From positions 7,212-71,211 of the forward strand of contig JAJCZO010000094.1 of NCBI GenBank assembly GCA_029262355.1: a stretch of 64,000 bases of DNA, given 5' to 3'. Shown in pieces: positions 1-9,959 of this stretch. Every line of letters begins with the position of its first letter. Position 1 is the first letter of the stretch. Origin of the DNA: Deltaproteobacteria bacterium (GTDB lineage Bacteria > Desulfobacterota > Binatia > UBA12015). The position numbers were made by a program, and so were the translations under genes. The notes beneath the pieces were generated by a model. The model made no database searches, had not been told where the DNA came from, and saw only the letters and a program-made list of their open reading frames with translations.

Positions 1-2
1 GG

Positions 3-1286
3 GTGCGGAGCTTCGCCGGAGTCGGCCGCGTCGTCGCCGACCTCGCGAGACGTGCCGCCGACGTATCGGGCGCTCTTCTGCTTCTGACCGTGCTCTCTCC
101 CGTATGGATCATACGGGGAGCCATCGGCCTCGCCCACCAGGAAGCACTGATCGAGCACGACCGCCGCATCGGGCGCTTTCGCGAACCGTTCCGCCTCCTG
201 CGGTTCTCGGGAACCGGCATCGGCAGAGGCCTGCCCGTCCTCGTGAACATCCTTCGAGGAGACATGTCGTTCGCCGGCCCGCGACCTATGACGCAGCAGG
301 AAGCCGACGCGATCCCGCCGGACGGGCTCGTGCGCTTCGCCGTTCGTCCAGGACTCGTCTCGCGACATACACTCCAGAAGCGGACGGGGATCGCTCACGA
401 CGCCGAAGTATCCGCCGACCGCGAACACTACTACGAGCAGACGCTCCGCGGAGACCTGGGCCTCGTCGCCCGGTCGATTCCGGCGACCATCCTCGGAAAT
501 CGCGACGAAATCGCGGCGCCTCCGTTCCTCGACTTCTTCGGTGTGACCATCGTCAACACGACGATGGACGAAGCGATCGATTGGATCCAGGCCCGCGCAG
601 CGGACCGCGACCGAACGCCTAGCCAAATCGCGTTCGTCAATCCGGACTGCCTCAACATCGCGCATGCGCATGAAGAGTATCGCGCCGTTCTACAAGGCTC
701 GGATCGCGTCCTCCCCGATGGCATCGGCATTCACGTCGGCTGCCGTCTGCTGGGCACGCCGCTCAAGGAAAACGTCAACGGGACGGACCTGTTTCCACGG
801 CTCTGCGAGAGGGCTGCGCAGACGGGCCAGTCGATCTACCTCCTTGGTGCTCGTCCGGGCCTCGCGATGGCGACGGCGGACGCCATGCAGGCCAAGTACC
901 CAGGTCTTGCGATCGCCGGCGCACGCCACGGCTACTTCACCCAAGAGCAAGAACAAGACGTCATCGATGACATCAACGCGTCGGGCGCGTCGATACTTCT
1001 CGTGGCATTCGGCGTGCCGAGGCAGGAGCTCTGGCTCGCAAAGACCCGAGACCGTCTTCACATCCCCGTACAGATGGGCGTGGGCGGCCTATTCGACTTC
1101 TACTCGGGTCGAATCGCACGAGCACCCCAGTGGCTGCGCGAGCTCGGCATGGAGTGGTCGTGGCGCCTCCTCCAAGAGCCCGGCCGCATGTGGCGTCGCT
1201 ATCTCGTCGGCAACTGGGTCTTCCTGTACCGCGTATGGAAGCAGTCGCGCCGGTCGCCGGCACCGCACGCCCAGGGGGCATCGTGA
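3..1286 (+). CDS. Fusion protein: degenerate bacterial sugar(-phosphate) transferase domain (N-term) + WecB/TagA/CpsF (GT26) glycosyltransferase domain (C-term). Probably 5'-partial at the window edge.
   Basis: The N-terminus has a hydrophobic segment (LLLLTVLSPVWII) followed by IGRFREPFRLLRF...GDMSFAGPRP, resembling the KFRTM...GPRP core of polyprenyl-P sugar-P transferases but lacking the middle segment. The C-terminal ~250 aa (FVNPDCLN...LPDGIGI...LLGARPG...GVPRQELW...GVGGLFDFYSGRIARAPQW...EWSWRLLQEPGRMWRRY) is a typical TagA/WecG/CpsF family domain. The ORF begins at nt 3 with GTG and no upstream stop is visible. Confidence 0.7.
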   Translation: MRSFAGVGRVVADLARRAADVSGALLLLTVLSPVWIIRGAIGLAHQEALIEHDRRIGRFREPFRLLRFSGTGIGRGLPVLVNILRGDMSFAGPRPMTQQEADAIPPDGLVRFAVRPGLVSRHTLQKRTGIAHDAEVSADREHYYEQTLRGDLGLVARSIPATILGNRDEIAAPPFLDFFGVTIVNTTMDEAIDWIQARAADRDRTPSQIAFVNPDCLNIAHAHEEYRAVLQGSDRVLPDGIGIHVGCRLLGTPLKENVNGTDLFPRLCERAAQTGQSIYLLGARPGLAMATADAMQAKYPGLAIAGARHGYFTQEQEQDVIDDINASGASILLVAFGVPRQELWLAKTRDRLHIPVQMGVGGLFDFYSGRIARAPQWLRELGMEWSWRLLQEPGRMWRRYLVGNWVFLYRVWKQSRRSPAPHAQGAS

Positions 1287-2029
1287 GTCAGACCCTGAGC
1301 CAGGATCAGCAGGCGAGCGAAACCCGCGAAGAGCTCCTCCGTCGGTACGCGGGTGGGGGCGCTCCATCGAAGGGGTGGCGACTCCGTTTCCAGCTGAAGC
1401 AATTCGCATGGGTCTCGGTCGTCACCGCGACTCGCGTCGCCAAGCGAATCCTGGACGTGTTCGGTTCGATCACACTCGCGATCGCCTTGGCGCCGCTCTT
1501 CCTCGTCGTGATCGCACTCATCCGATTCGAGTCGCGGGGGGCGATCCTCTTCGCGCAACAGCGCGTCGGGCGTCACGGCCGACTGTTCAAGATGTTCAAG
1601 TTCCGCTCGATGTACATCGATGCCGAACAGCGCAAAGCGGCGCTCATGCCGACCAACGAGATGGAAGGGGGCGTCATCTTCAAGATGAAGGACGACCCCC
1701 GCATCACGAAAGTTGGCAAGTACGTCCGTCGTGGTTCGATCGATGAGCTTCCGCAGCTCTGGAATGTCTTCAAGGGAGAAATGTCGCTCGTGGGCCCGCG
1801 CCCCCCGCTTCCCGCCGAGGTCGCCGAGTACTCCCTCGAGGACCGACGTCGGCTCGAGGTCGTTCCGGGCATCACCTGCATCTGGCAGGTGTCGGGCCGC
1901 TCGGAGATTCCGTTCGACCAGCAGGTGGCGCTGGATGTCGGATACATCGAGTCGCAATCGGTGTGGCTCGACCTGAAGCTTCTCCTCCGCACGGTTCCTG
2001 CGGTTTTGTTGGGGAAGGGGGCGTACTGA
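1283..2029 (+). CDS. Polyprenyl-phosphate sugar-phosphate transferase (WbaP/EpsL-like short-form initiating transferase)
   Basis: A single TM helix (ITLAIALAPLFLVVIALI) is followed by QQRVGRHGRLFKMFKFRSM...DELPQLWNVFKGEMSLVGPRP, the canonical bac_transf motifs. The GTG start at 1283 overlaps the upstream TGA stop (GTGA), indicating translational coupling. Confidence 0.8.
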   Translation: MSQTLSQDQQASETREELLRRYAGGGAPSKGWRLRFQLKQFAWVSVVTATRVAKRILDVFGSITLAIALAPLFLVVIALIRFESRGAILFAQQRVGRHGRLFKMFKFRSMYIDAEQRKAALMPTNEMEGGVIFKMKDDPRITKVGKYVRRGSIDELPQLWNVFKGEMSLVGPRPPLPAEVAEYSLEDRRRLEVVPGITCIWQVSGRSEIPFDQQVALDVGYIESQSVWLDLKLLLRTVPAVLLGKGAY

Positions 2030-2030
2030 A

Positions 2031-3509
2031 ATGCAGGTGGTTCTATTCACCGATCGTGCCGGGAAGGCACTCGCGCCGTTCACCGATCGGACCTGCACCG
2101 CATTGCTCCCTGTAGCGGGAAAGGCTCTCGCGATTCACGCCCTCGAATCCATCGCGCGGATCTCCCCGTCGAAGGTCTTCGTCGTCGTCTCCCCCCATGC
2201 GGATGCCGTCGAATCCGACCTCGAGGACGGCCGCCGATGGGGCCTCGATCTCGAGTACCTGCTGACTCGCGGCGACGAAACGCCGGACGCGATCATCGAT
2301 CGTCTTCGCCCAAAGCTCGAAGGTGACTTCCTGGTCGTGCGCGGCGACGTACTGCTCTCTCCGTGCTTGCCCGAGTTTCTCCAGCGAGCCACCAGCCTTC
2401 GCGGCGCGACGATTGCCGCCACCATCGGCGGCGCACCGACCGGCGTTCGCCTCGTGCGCGCCGAAGCGACGGGCCGACTCGATCTTCCGTACGAACCAGA
2501 ATCGCGAGAGACCTGGAAGGAAGACGCGCCCACTGTCGAGCTTCCCAATGCACGCTTCTCCCGCATCGAGTCTCTCGCCGCTTTTCACCGCGCCAACCTC
2601 GACGCCGCCGACGGAAAGTACACCGGCTTGATCATCCCAGGCCGCACCGTGAAGCCCGGAATCGTGGTCGGACGCCAGAGCCGGATTCCTCTCGAAGTAG
2701 TCAAGGCGGGACCCGTCTTCATCGGAAGCCGATGCGACGTGAAGAGCGGCGCCGAGATCCACGGAAGCGTCGTGCTTTCGGACGACGTCGTCGTCGACCG
2801 AAGTGCGACACTCCGATCGGCCGTGATTCTGCCTCACACGTACGTCGGTGAGATGGTCGACGTGTCGGACGCGATCGTCTGGAGCAACGATCTGGTGCAC
2901 CTCGATAGTGGTGCCGTCGCTCACGTCACCGACGAATTCCTCCTCGCCGACCTGGGTGCGGCGGGACTGGAAGAGGGCGCCGCCGAAATCGTGCATCGCG
3001 CGATCGGCGCCATGCTCCTCGCCTTGTCCCTGCCCCTGTGGCCCTTTCTGTTGGCTGCCTCGCTGCTCTCCGACTTGAAGTCGCCCCTGCGGACGATCCA
3101 GCTGATCGGAAACCGTACGACCTTGGGCCCCGACGGCCAGCGAATCCGCACGACGTTCGCGGCGACCGAGGCCGCTACCAGGGTCCCGCTATTGCGACAC
3201 CTTCCGCTCCTCGTGGCAGTCGTGCGTGGAGACATCCGACTCGTCGGCGTCTCGCCACTTACTCCCGAGGAAGCATCGAAACGAACCGAAGACTGGGAGC
3301 GGCTGCGCGACCGCGCGCCGGCCGGCCTCCTGGGTCCAGCCCAGCTGAGTCTTTCCGGCGACGCACCCGAAGAAGAGCGCTGGGTGCTGGAAGCCTACTA
3401 CGCCCAGACCCGTACGCCGGCGAGCGACTTCGTGTGGCTAGCCCGTGGCCTCGGCGCACTCTTCAGTCCACGCGCATGGGGACCCGGCCTCCGGCCGCGC
3501 ACTTCCTAA
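2031..3509 (+). CDS. Tripartite fusion: NDP-sugar pyrophosphorylase-like nucleotidyltransferase + left-handed beta-helix (LbH) + degenerate sugar-phosphate transferase C-terminal domain
   Basis: The N-terminus (LLPVAGKALAIHALESI...VVRGDVLL) has an NTP_transferase fold with a degenerate Gly-rich loop (AGKALAPFT instead of GxGTRLxPLT). Hexapeptide LbH repeats follow (GSRCDVKSGAEIHGSVVLSDDVVVDRSATL). The C-terminus has a TM segment (LLALSLPLWPFLLAASLL) and ...VVRGDIRLVGVSP, comparable to GEMSLVGPRP in the neighbouring transferase. The ATG lies 1 nt after the upstream stop. Confidence 0.65.
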   Translation: MQVVLFTDRAGKALAPFTDRTCTALLPVAGKALAIHALESIARISPSKVFVVVSPHADAVESDLEDGRRWGLDLEYLLTRGDETPDAIIDRLRPKLEGDFLVVRGDVLLSPCLPEFLQRATSLRGATIAATIGGAPTGVRLVRAEATGRLDLPYEPESRETWKEDAPTVELPNARFSRIESLAAFHRANLDAADGKYTGLIIPGRTVKPGIVVGRQSRIPLEVVKAGPVFIGSRCDVKSGAEIHGSVVLSDDVVVDRSATLRSAVILPHTYVGEMVDVSDAIVWSNDLVHLDSGAVAHVTDEFLLADLGAAGLEEGAAEIVHRAIGAMLLALSLPLWPFLLAASLLSDLKSPLRTIQLIGNRTTLGPDGQRIRTTFAATEAATRVPLLRHLPLLVAVVRGDIRLVGVSPLTPEEASKRTEDWERLRDRAPAGLLGPAQLSLSGDAPEEERWVLEAYYAQTRTPASDFVWLARGLGALFSPRAWGPGLRPRTS

Positions 3510-3524
3510 GAGAGAGGGAACACA

Positions 3525-4637
3525 ATGTCCGGCAAGCAAGAGATCACACCCGGCTTCTCCCGTGCAGACCTGCATGTCCACACGACATTCAGCGATGGAA
3601 CGGCCACCCCCGAGGATCTGCTGAACTACTACGCACTGCATTCGGAGGTGAACGCCTTCGCAGTGACGGACCACGACACGATCGACGGCGCGCTACACGC
3701 GAAGAGATTCGCCGAGGAGCACCCCGATCTGTTCGGGCATCTCGACGTCATCATCGGCGAGGAGGTTTCGACCCGTGACGGACACGTCATTGGGCTCTAC
3801 CTCACCAACTGGATCTCGCCGGGGATGAGCGCCGCAGAAACGATCGACATCATTCATGAGCAGGGCGGCCTCGCGATCGCGGCGCATCCGTACACGAGCT
3901 GGATGAAATTCGCGGGCCTCGTTGGCGTGGGAGACCTGATCAAGACGCTGCCGTTCGACGGCGTCGAGACGAAGAACGCCAACTTCACGGAGATGTTCGC
4001 GAACCGCAGAGCCGAACGTAAGGCGGGGACGCTCGCCCGCATCGGAAATTCCGACGGCCACTTCCTCGACGCGATCGGACGCTGCTTCACCGAGTTCCCG
4101 GGACAGGGCGCCGCGGATCTTCGAACGGCGATCGAGCAACGCACGACGACCGCCGGCGGGTCCTGTTACGGGGTGCCGACGCTGGCACGTTTTGCGATGG
4201 ATCGACTCATGAAGGGCGAGTGGGTCATCCCACGCCGCCACCGGGTGAGGCGCGAATCGCAGGCGGGCGAACTCGAGATCCGGATTCACGAGGATTCCTC
4301 GCTCTCCGCTGCGGTGCTGTCCCCCGTCGGTCGCATCGATGCCGCATCGATGCCCGAAATGAAAGAAACGCTGACGATGCTCACCGGAGCGAAGGTCAGC
4401 GTCATCCTCGACCTCTCCGAAGTGCACTTCCTCGGGTCGCCTGGCGTTACCGCGTTGGTTGCGGGGCTGAAGAGTGCGCGCCAATCGGGCGTCGGATTCT
4501 GCCTGGCGAAGCTCTCGACGCCCTGCATCCAGACCTTGTCGGCGGCGCGACTTCTGTCGGTGTTCCCACGGGCGCGCGACGTAGGCGAGGCCCGGAAGCT
4601 GGTCAGCACCGACGCCCTGCAGCTGGCTGAGGCTTAG
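3525..4637 (+). CDS. PHP-domain phosphoesterase (TrpH/YciV-like) fused to a C-terminal STAS (SpoIIAA-like anti-sigma-factor antagonist) domain
   Basis: PHP motifs are present: [22 protein letters not shown]. The C-terminal ~110 aa ([41 protein letters not shown]...) is a typical STAS fold. A strong SD (GAGAGAGGGA) lies 7 nt upstream of the ATG. Confidence 0.75.
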   Translation: MSGKQEITPGFSRADLHVHTTFSDGTATPEDLLNYYALHSEVNAFAVTDHDTIDGALHAKRFAEEHPDLFGHLDVIIGEEVSTRDGHVIGLYLTNWISPGMSAAETIDIIHEQGGLAIAAHPYTSWMKFAGLVGVGDLIKTLPFDGVETKNANFTEMFANRRAERKAGTLARIGNSDGHFLDAIGRCFTEFPGQGAADLRTAIEQRTTTAGGSCYGVPTLARFAMDRLMKGEWVIPRRHRVRRESQAGELEIRIHEDSSLSAAVLSPVGRIDAASMPEMKETLTMLTGAKVSVILDLSEVHFLGSPGVTALVAGLKSARQSGVGFCLAKLSTPCIQTLSAARLLSVFPRARDVGEARKLVSTDALQLAEA

Positions 4638-7600
4638 CTCAACCAGGCGCGGGCGTTTCGAAAGAGCTTCATCCAGGGTCCATCTTCGCCCCACGATGCA
4701 GGGTGCCAAGAGTGTTGGACCGTGCGGAACACCCGCTCGGGGTGAGGCATGAGGATCGTCGCACGCCCATCCGGGGTCGTCAGACCGGTGATCCCGTCGG
4801 CCGAGCCATTGGGGTTCGCCGGGTAGCGCTGCGCCACGATCCCGTCGTTGTCGACGAACCGAGCCGCAACGAGACTGCCGTCGAGCATGCGAGCTTGCGC
4901 CGCTTGCGACGGAAACTCCACGCGCCCCTCACCGTGCGCAACCGCGATCGGCAGGCGCGCACCCGCCATTCCGCGCAGCAGGATAGAAGGGCTTTCCTCG
5001 ACTCGCACGAGCGCGAGGCGAGCCTCGAACTGCTCGGATCGGTTCCGCACGAACCGCGGCCATCCCTCGGCTCCCGGAATCAGTTCTCGAAGCGCGGACA
5101 GAGCCTGACACCCGTTGCACACCCCGAGCGAGAACGTGTCGGCGCGCTCGAAGAAGGCCGCGAAACCCGCTCGTAGCTCTTCGTGGAACAGGATCGACTT
5201 GGCCCAGCCCTCGCCAGCGCCGAGAACGTCGCCGTACGAGAAACCGCCGCACGCCACGAGGCCACGGACGTCCGAGAGGGACACCCGCCGCGTGAGGAGG
5301 TCGCTCATGTGGACGTCGATCGCTGCGAAGCCGGCGCGATCGAACGCGGCCGCCATCTCCACGTGGCCGTTCACGCCCTGCTCGCGCACGTTCGCGATCT
5401 TGGGTCGTGCGCCCGTTGCAACGGACGGCGCGTCGTTCGGGTCGAAAGGCAACCGTACGTTCAGCCCTGGATCAGTCGCGTCCAGCCGCGCCGCGTGCTC
5501 CTCCTCTGCGCAGGCGGGATCGTCGCGCAGAGCCTGCATCCGGTGCGTCGTCTCGGACCACGCGTCGCGCAGATCGGAGCGCGCCTCGTCGAGGAGCACG
5601 TTCGTGCCGGCCCTCACGACGATCCGGTCGTCGCTCCGCGGCGATCCGATCCGCCAGCAGAGACCCGCGAGGCCACGCGCCTCGAGCGTCGCCAGGATCC
5701 GCCCGGAGTCGCCTCGCTTCACCTGAACGACCGCACCGAGCTCCTCGGTAAAGAGAGCGGCGACTGGGTCGGAACCCAACCCTGCGAGGTCGACATCGAC
5801 CCCAACCCGCCCGGCGAACGCCATCTCGACGAGGGTAGCGAGAAGTCCGCCGTCGGAGCGATCATGGTAGGCGACGAGATCTCCGACCGAGGTCAGGCCG
5901 ATCAGCGCATCCGCGAATGCCTTCAGCCGCAGGGGCTCATCGACGTCCGGAGGCTCGGACCCGACGGTGCCGAAGACCTGAGCCAGCGCCGATCCACCGA
6001 GGCGGTTTCGCATCGCGCCGAGATCGACGAGCAAGAGATCGGTCTCGCCGACGTCCGAACGCAATTCCGGCGTACAGGCGCGTCGCACATCGGAGATGCG
6101 CGCGAAGGCCGAGACGATGAGTGAAAGCGGCGCGGTGACGCTTCTCTCCTCGTCGCCTTCGCGCCATACGGTGCGCATGGACATCGAGTCCTTCCCCACC
6201 GGAATCGCGATACCGAGCTTCGGGCAAAGATCGACGCCAACCGTCCGCACGGCGTCGTACAGACCGGCGTCCTCGCCGGGATGACCCGCCGGCGCCATCC
6301 AGTTCGCAGACAGCATCACGTCGCCAAGGGTGTCGATCCCAGCCGAAACGAGGTTCGTGACCGCTTCGCCGACGGCCATTCGCGCGGACGCCGCGGGCTC
6401 CAGGAGCGCTACCGGAGTGCGCTCGCCTATCGCCATCGCCTCGCCCCGGTAGCCGTCGAAGTCCGCCGCGGTCACCGCAGCGTCGGCCACAGGAACCTGC
6501 CACGGCCCCACCATCTGATCACGCACGATCTGCCCGGTCACGGTCCGATCGCCGATGCTGACGAGGAAGGTTTTGTCGCCCACGGTCGGGAGTCGCAGAA
6601 CACGAAGCGCAGCCTCACGAACGTCCAAGCCTTCGGTGACGAAGCATGCGGGCTCGAAGGGGAGGTGCTCGGCTCGGCGCTGCATCTTCGGAGGCTTGCC
6701 CAGAATGACCGACAGTGGGAGATCGATCGGAGCGTTGTCGAACTGGCGATCGGCCACCAGGAGCAGGTCCTCCGAAACCGCCTCGCCAAGAACCGCGAAC
6801 GGCGCCCGCTCACGCCGACAGATCTCCGCAAACACCTCGAGCCGGTCTTGTGAGAGCGCAACGACGTACCGCTCCTGTGCCTCGTTGCACCAAATCTCGA
6901 GTGGCGACATGCCCGGCTCGTCGTTCGGGATCTCGCGGAGCTCGAACGTGCCTCCACGATCGCTGCCGTGCACGAGTTCCGGCAACGCGTTCGACAGCCC
7001 TCCCGCGCCCACATCGTGGATCGACAGGATCGGGTTCTCGTCGCTCAGCGCCCAACACCGGTCGATCACTTCCTGACAGCGCCGCTCCATCTCCGCGTTC
7101 TCGCGTTGCACCGACGCGAAATCGAGATCCTGGTGACTCGCACCCGAAGTCATGGACGACGCGGCGCCTCCGCCGAGTCCGATACGCAGAGCCGGACCAC
7201 CGAGCACGACCAACGGAGAGCCCACCGGAATGTCGAGCTTGTGCACATCGGGCTCGCGGATGTTGCCGACACCACCCGCCAGCATGATCGGCTTGTGGTA
7301 CCCGCGAACCTCGTCTCCGTTCGGTCCCGGCACGCGCTCTTCGAAGGTGCGGAAGTAGCCGCAGATGTTCGGTCTTCCGAACTCATTGTTGAATGCGGCG
7401 CCGCCGATCGGCCCCTCGAGCATGATGTCGAGTGCGGACGCGATGCGTTCAGGCCGCCCAAAGTCGCGCTCCCATGGCTGCTCCGCATCCGGAATGCGCA
7501 GGTTCGAAACCGAGAAGCCTGTGAGCCCGGCCTTCGGTTTCGAGCCGCGCCCGGTGGCACCCTCATCGCGAATCTCGCCGCCGGAACCGGTTGCAGCACC

Positions 7601-8521
7601 GGGAAACGGGGAGATCGCGGTCGGGTGGTTGTGGGTCTCCACCTTCATCAGGAAGTGCACCGGCTCTTCACGCGCCCCGTACTCCCGCGTCACGGGGTCC
7701 GGGAAGAACCTCCGCGCCGACCCACCCTCGGCGACCGATGAGTTGTCGACGTAGGCGGAGAGCACGCCGCCCGGAGACCGGTCGGTCGTGTTCCGGATCA
7801 TCGCGAAGAGGGAGCCCTCTTCGGTCTTTCCATCGACCACCCAGCTGGCATTGAAGATCTTGTGGCGACAATGCTCCGAGTTCGCTTGCGCGAACATCAT
7901 GAGCTCGACGTCATTCGGGTCTCGGCCCAGCGCTCGGAAGCTCGTCTCGAGATAGTCGATCTCATCCTCGGCGAGCGCGAGACCGAGCTGGGAGTTCGCC
8001 GCGACGAGTGCCGCGCGCCCCTCCTCTAGAAGCGGAACCCGATCGAAGGTGCGCGGTGCAGCGACGGCGAAGAGCTGCTCCGCCTCGGCGTGCGACGCGA
8101 GCACCGACTGCGTCATTCGGTCGTGCAGGGCCGGAGTGATCGCCGACACCAGCGCGTCTGGCGAGCCGGAGCCGACGACCCGGTACGAGATGCCTCGCTC
8201 CAACCGCCGGACCTTGGCAAGGCCACAGGAGCGCGCGATGTCTGTTGCCTTCGACGACCAGGGCGAAATCGTCCCGATGCGCGGCACCACCACCAGCAGC
8301 GTCCCGGGCGCCTCGGCGCGGTCCGGCGAGACCGACGGACCGTAGCGAAGGAGCTGCCCGAGAACGTCGGCCTCCCGATCGTCCAAGACGCCGTCGACGT
8401 CGGCGAAGTGGACGTGTTCGGCGTCGAGCCGCTGCAGATCAGGCACCTCGCGCCGCACCCGGGCGAGGGTCCGCTCGAGTCTCGACTCGGAAAGGGCGGG
8501 ACCGCCTCGCAGGACGAGCAT
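4634..8521 (-). CDS. purL: Phosphoribosylformylglycinamidine synthase, single-chain large form
   Basis: The 1295-aa ORF has the FGAM synthase N-domain, the AIRS-like repeats, and the C-terminal glutamine amidotransferase (GVCNGCQ...HGEGR). Its 3' end overlaps the convergent PHP-STAS gene by 4 nt. Confidence 0.95.
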   Translation of the reverse strand: MLVLRGGPALSESRLERTLARVRREVPDLQRLDAEHVHFADVDGVLDDREADVLGQLLRYGPSVSPDRAEAPGTLLVVVPRIGTISPWSSKATDIARSCGLAKVRRLERGISYRVVGSGSPDALVSAITPALHDRMTQSVLASHAEAEQLFAVAAPRTFDRVPLLEEGRAALVAANSQLGLALAEDEIDYLETSFRALGRDPNDVELMMFAQANSEHCRHKIFNASWVVDGKTEEGSLFAMIRNTTDRSPGGVLSAYVDNSSVAEGGSARRFFPDPVTREYGAREEPVHFLMKVETHNHPTAISPFPGAATGSGGEIRDEGATGRGSKPKAGLTGFSVSNLRIPDAEQPWERDFGRPERIASALDIMLEGPIGGAAFNNEFGRPNICGYFRTFEERVPGPNGDEVRGYHKPIMLAGGVGNIREPDVHKLDIPVGSPLVVLGGPALRIGLGGGAASSMTSGASHQDLDFASVQRENAEMERRCQEVIDRCWALSDENPILSIHDVGAGGLSNALPELVHGSDRGGTFELREIPNDEPGMSPLEIWCNEAQERYVVALSQDRLEVFAEICRRERAPFAVLGEAVSEDLLLVADRQFDNAPIDLPLSVILGKPPKMQRRAEHLPFEPACFVTEGLDVREAALRVLRLPTVGDKTFLVSIGDRTVTGQIVRDQMVGPWQVPVADAAVTAADFDGYRGEAMAIGERTPVALLEPAASARMAVGEAVTNLVSAGIDTLGDVMLSANWMAPAGHPGEDAGLYDAVRTVGVDLCPKLGIAIPVGKDSMSMRTVWREGDEERSVTAPLSLIVSAFARISDVRRACTPELRSDVGETDLLLVDLGAMRNRLGGSALAQVFGTVGSEPPDVDEPLRLKAFADALIGLTSVGDLVAYHDRSDGGLLATLVEMAFAGRVGVDVDLAGLGSDPVAALFTEELGAVVQVKRGDSGRILATLEARGLAGLCWRIGSPRSDDRIVVRAGTNVLLDEARSDLRDAWSETTHRMQALRDDPACAEEEHAARLDATDPGLNVRLPFDPNDAPSVATGARPKIANVREQGVNGHVEMAAAFDRAGFAAIDVHMSDLLTRRVSLSDVRGLVACGGFSYGDVLGAGEGWAKSILFHEELRAGFAAFFERADTFSLGVCNGCQALSALRELIPGAEGWPRFVRNRSEQFEARLALVRVEESPSILLRGMAGARLPIAVAHGEGRVEFPSQAAQARMLDGSLVAARFVDNDGIVAQRYPANPNGSADGITGLTTPDGRATILMPHPERVFRTVQHSWHPASWGEDGPWMKLFRNARAWLS

Positions 8522-8589
8522 GGGCTTTCTCTCCTACTAGATGAGACCCGCAGCCGCGAGGCCTGGGCCCGCCGGCCCGCCCGCCGCTC

Positions 8590-9768
8590 TCAAATGATCC
8601 CGTTGGCCGCGAGAGAGGCGCGCTCGTCGCGCGAGAGGCCGAGCCAGTCGCCGTAGATCGCGTCGTTGTCTTCACCCAGCGCACGGGCGAGGTGGCGAAT
8701 CTCACCTGGGGCCTCGATGCGACGGGGCAACGGCGCCGTGAGGACGAGGGGACCGATCTCAGGGTCCTCCACCCGGGTGAAGCTCGCACGGGCCCCGAAG
8801 TGGGGGTTCTCCGTTACCCCGAGCGGGCCGTCGACCGCGCAGAGGGAGACCCCAGCTTCGGCGAATTCATCGACGACCTGGGTGCACTCCCGACCGGCAA
8901 TCCATGCCCCGATGACTTCATCGAGCGCCTCGACGTTCTCCACGCGGGCCCCGTTCGTCGAGAACCGCGGATCGTCGATGAGCTCCGGGCGCCCGAGCAG
9001 CGTGAAGACGCGCCTCACCAGCCCGTCCGTGCCGGCCGTCAGAGCGACCCACTGCCCATCTGCCGTCGCGTAGGTATTGCGGGGCGCCATCGTCGAGAGC
9101 CGGTTTCCGTGGCGGCCGGGATCCGCGCCGTGGCGATTCGCCGCCGCGATCCGTCCGCTGAGCAACGCGAGGAGTGGCTCGTACATTGCAACATCGAAAG
9201 CCTCGCCCTCCTCCGATGTGCTCCGCGAGTAGAGACCGACCAGAGCCGCTATGATTCCCTGCATCACACCCAGAGTGTCGCCGAGCCCCACGGGCGAGAG
9301 GCCCGGCGGCGCATCCGAGGGACCGGTGAGCGCCGCCAATCCCGTCATCGCTTCGGCCAGAGTTCCCGACCCCGGTCGATCGGCCCACGGCCCCGTGGTC
9401 CCATAGGCGGTCAGATTCACGATCACGAGCTGGGCAAAGCGCTCACGCAACGACTCGACTTCGAGCCCGAAGCGCCGCAGGCGCTCTGCCGTGTGCCCAC
9501 AGACGAGCACATCGGCCCGAGCCAGCATCCGATCGAGGACCGCCCGCCCGGCCGGACGGGTCAGATCGAGACTTACGCATTCCTTGTTTCGGTTGACGAT
9601 CTTCCACTGCAGAGCCACACCGCTCGCGTCGACGAGGCGGCGCAACGGATCCCCCCGGGGCGGCTCCACCTTGATCACGCGCGCGCCAAAGTCACCGAAG
9701 AACGCCGCGATCTGAGGAGCGGCAGCGAGCGTCGCGATGTCGATGACCGTGAGTCCGGTGAACGCCAT
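8590..9768 (-). CDS. CoA-transferase family III (CaiB/BaiF family) protein
   Basis: MAFTGLTVIDIATLAAAPQIAAFFGDFGARVIKVEPPRGDPLR is the canonical family III N-terminus. The start was refined to the ATG at 9768, which is internal to the longer track ORF. Confidence 0.8.
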   Translation of the reverse strand: MAFTGLTVIDIATLAAAPQIAAFFGDFGARVIKVEPPRGDPLRRLVDASGVALQWKIVNRNKECVSLDLTRPAGRAVLDRMLARADVLVCGHTAERLRRFGLEVESLRERFAQLVIVNLTAYGTTGPWADRPGSGTLAEAMTGLAALTGPSDAPPGLSPVGLGDTLGVMQGIIAALVGLYSRSTSEEGEAFDVAMYEPLLALLSGRIAAANRHGADPGRHGNRLSTMAPRNTYATADGQWVALTAGTDGLVRRVFTLLGRPELIDDPRFSTNGARVENVEALDEVIGAWIAGRECTQVVDEFAEAGVSLCAVDGPLGVTENPHFGARASFTRVEDPEIGPLVLTAPLPRRIEAPGEIRHLARALGEDNDAIYGDWLGLSRDERASLAANGII

Positions 9769-9959
9769 GAGCCCTCGGCGGTGGTTGGCTACCGCGTCGG
9801 AGCGGCGGCTGGGTTCCATCGAGACTTGCCAGAAAGTCGCGCGGAGCGCGACAGGAACATCCACGGCGCAATGTAGTCCCTGGTCGCACCGACGGCGCCG
9901 CCACCGCTCCGGGCACGCTCACTTGACCTCATTCCAGCGAGGGCCGTAGCCTGGGGCGC

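Noticed and set aside
4703-8345. Multiple 60-310 aa ORFs on the plus strand and in alternate frames inside purL (e.g. 5183-6124, 5115-5726)
   Set aside because: They are antisense or out of frame to a highly conserved 1295-aa PurL. Their Arg/Ala/Pro-rich low-complexity translations are typical of high-GC artifacts.
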